Assembly (NCBI GenBank): GCA_026025075.1
Contig: JAPEUI010000034.1
Location: 124,001-147,642, forward strand
DNA length: 23,642 nucleotides
Direction: 5' to 3'
Source: Vezdaea acicularis
Taxonomy: Eukaryota
Shown here: one piece after another, positions 22,421 to 23,642 of the stretch
How the letters are laid out: every line of letters starts with the position of its first letter
How positions within the stretch are numbered: the first letter of the stretch is position 1
Position numbers and translations under genes: made by a program
The notes under the pieces: generated by a model
Databases searched by the model: none
What the model was told of the DNA's origin: nothing
What the model saw: only the letters and a program-made list of their open reading frames with translations

Positions 22421-23125
22421 GTCCCTCGCTTCCTGGGGATTCTGTTTAGCATCGCCAATCTTTCAGAGAAGGTGTACTCACCCCCATGATTATGGTGATG
22501 GTGCGGAAGAAACACGGAAGTCCGAGTATGCAAATTCCAGTAGGATAGGTGACAAATGCAGAATACTAGAGGTTACAACCAGCTGTAGATAGTACAGTTC
22601 TATATCATAAGTCTTCGTCCGATTTTAGCGACGCAGCTCCACATCAAAATACTTGCCTGGATAAACACCTCATATCAGCACCAAATCTGACCCAAAATGT
22701 ATAATTCCGATGTCAAATTAATCTAGAACCAAAGGCCTTTAGCTTTTTCAATTTTAATTCTCGATACTTCTGAGCTGTGGCGGTAGATGTGGTGCGAATT
22801 GTTGTTAACAAAAAGTCGGTTGAAATCGGACGAAGACTTATGACATGGGACTGTATATATGTGCTATAGCTGAAATCGGACCACGAAGATTTACTTTAGC
22901 CTACGCAGCAGGATGGCTTAGCCTAACTGGCAATAATGCTTAACCACGGCTGTACTAATATAGAGCTAAGTTGTTTATGACCATTTGGTGGCTAGCTGAA
23001 TAAAATGCATGCTTGGGTGTTCTCGACCGGCCAGGATCAGTCAGTTCGCCACGACCCGAGCAGCTGCAACGGCCCGACTAGCGTGCTGGACTAGGCGCAG
23101 TATGGCAACAGCAACCCCTGCATTA

Positions 23126-23375
23126 CAGTGATAGGTCATAAGTGTTGTACATTTTGCGAGATCGCTAGTATTTGATATAACCACCCCAAGGATCAAGGGA
23201 TACCTGAATTCGACGGTGTGTCAATTTAATTACGTTATCAAACGCCTTGCTGCTCTGTATGCACCTTCTATCTGAAACTCATTGACCGCAATACGCTTCA
23301 TTGTGATAGTTTTGTTGGCTTGCGGTGCTCGTGATCTGGGGGAGGCGAATGTACAACACTTATGACCTGTGACTA
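23126..23375. mobile_element. Tc1/mariner-type MITE (250 bp)
   Basis: 28-bp TIRs CAGTGATAGGTCATAAGTGTTGTACATT (3 mismatches), flanked by TA (23124-23125, 23376-23377). Confidence 0.85.
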
Positions 23376-23390
23376 TAGTTACATCATACT

Positions 23391-23642
23391 CTGCGTCTCA
23401 ACCAGCCATGATCGAATCCATCCTGCCTCTCAGCCAGCCATGATCGAATCCATCCTGCCTCTCAGCCAGCCATGATCGAATCCATCCTGCCTCCCAGCCA
23501 GCCATGATCGAATCTATCCTGCCTCTCAGCTAGCCATGATCGAATCCATCCTGCCTCCCAGCCAGCCATGATCGAATCCATCCTGCCTCTCAGCTAGCCA
23601 TGATCGAATCCATCCTGCCTCCCAGCCAGCCATGATCGAATC
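23391..23642. repeat. 32-bp minisatellite, about 8 copies, runs off the window
   Basis: Unit CAGCCAGCCATGATCGAATCCATCCTGCCTCT; ATGATCGAAT recurs at 23408, 23440 ... 23632. Confidence 0.97.

Noticed and set aside
19480..23375. Composite transposon carrying the peptidase gene between MITE copies
   Set aside because: The left fragment's terminus faces the gene (wrong orientation for an outer end) and there is no shared TSD.
23391..23642. CRISPR-like array
   Set aside because: Units are head-to-tail with no unique spacers, there are no cas genes, and the context is eukaryotic.
1..23642. Starship or other giant element boundary
   Set aside because: No tyrosine recombinase (DUF3435) captain or other hallmark gene is visible; the window could still be internal cargo.

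Overview
Repeat-rich region of a filamentous ascomycete genome (short GT-AG introns with CTRAC branch sites, RIP-like AT-rich relics). 1-5340 is the 3' half of a decaying Ty3/Gypsy chromovirus (RNase H-integrase-chromodomain, PPT, 3' LTR). Between pol and the LTR it carries an antisense, two-intron gene with an atypical six-Cys zinc-cluster motif. There are three apparently intact host-type genes: a six-exon fungal NLR (SesB-like hydrolase/NB-ARC/TPR, 6767-10767) that lies between two inverted ~490-bp repeat relics, a five-exon secreted Thr-rich protein (13924-15525, minus), and an intronless bacterial-like papain-fold peptidase fused to propeller-type repeats (20774-22420, minus). The rest is nested solo LTRs with readable TSDs, a 1.55-kb foldback element (8-bp TSD), two MITE families (one with a 36-bp flanking duplication) and a 32-bp minisatellite at the right edge. 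All calls come from manual reading; no database search was run.
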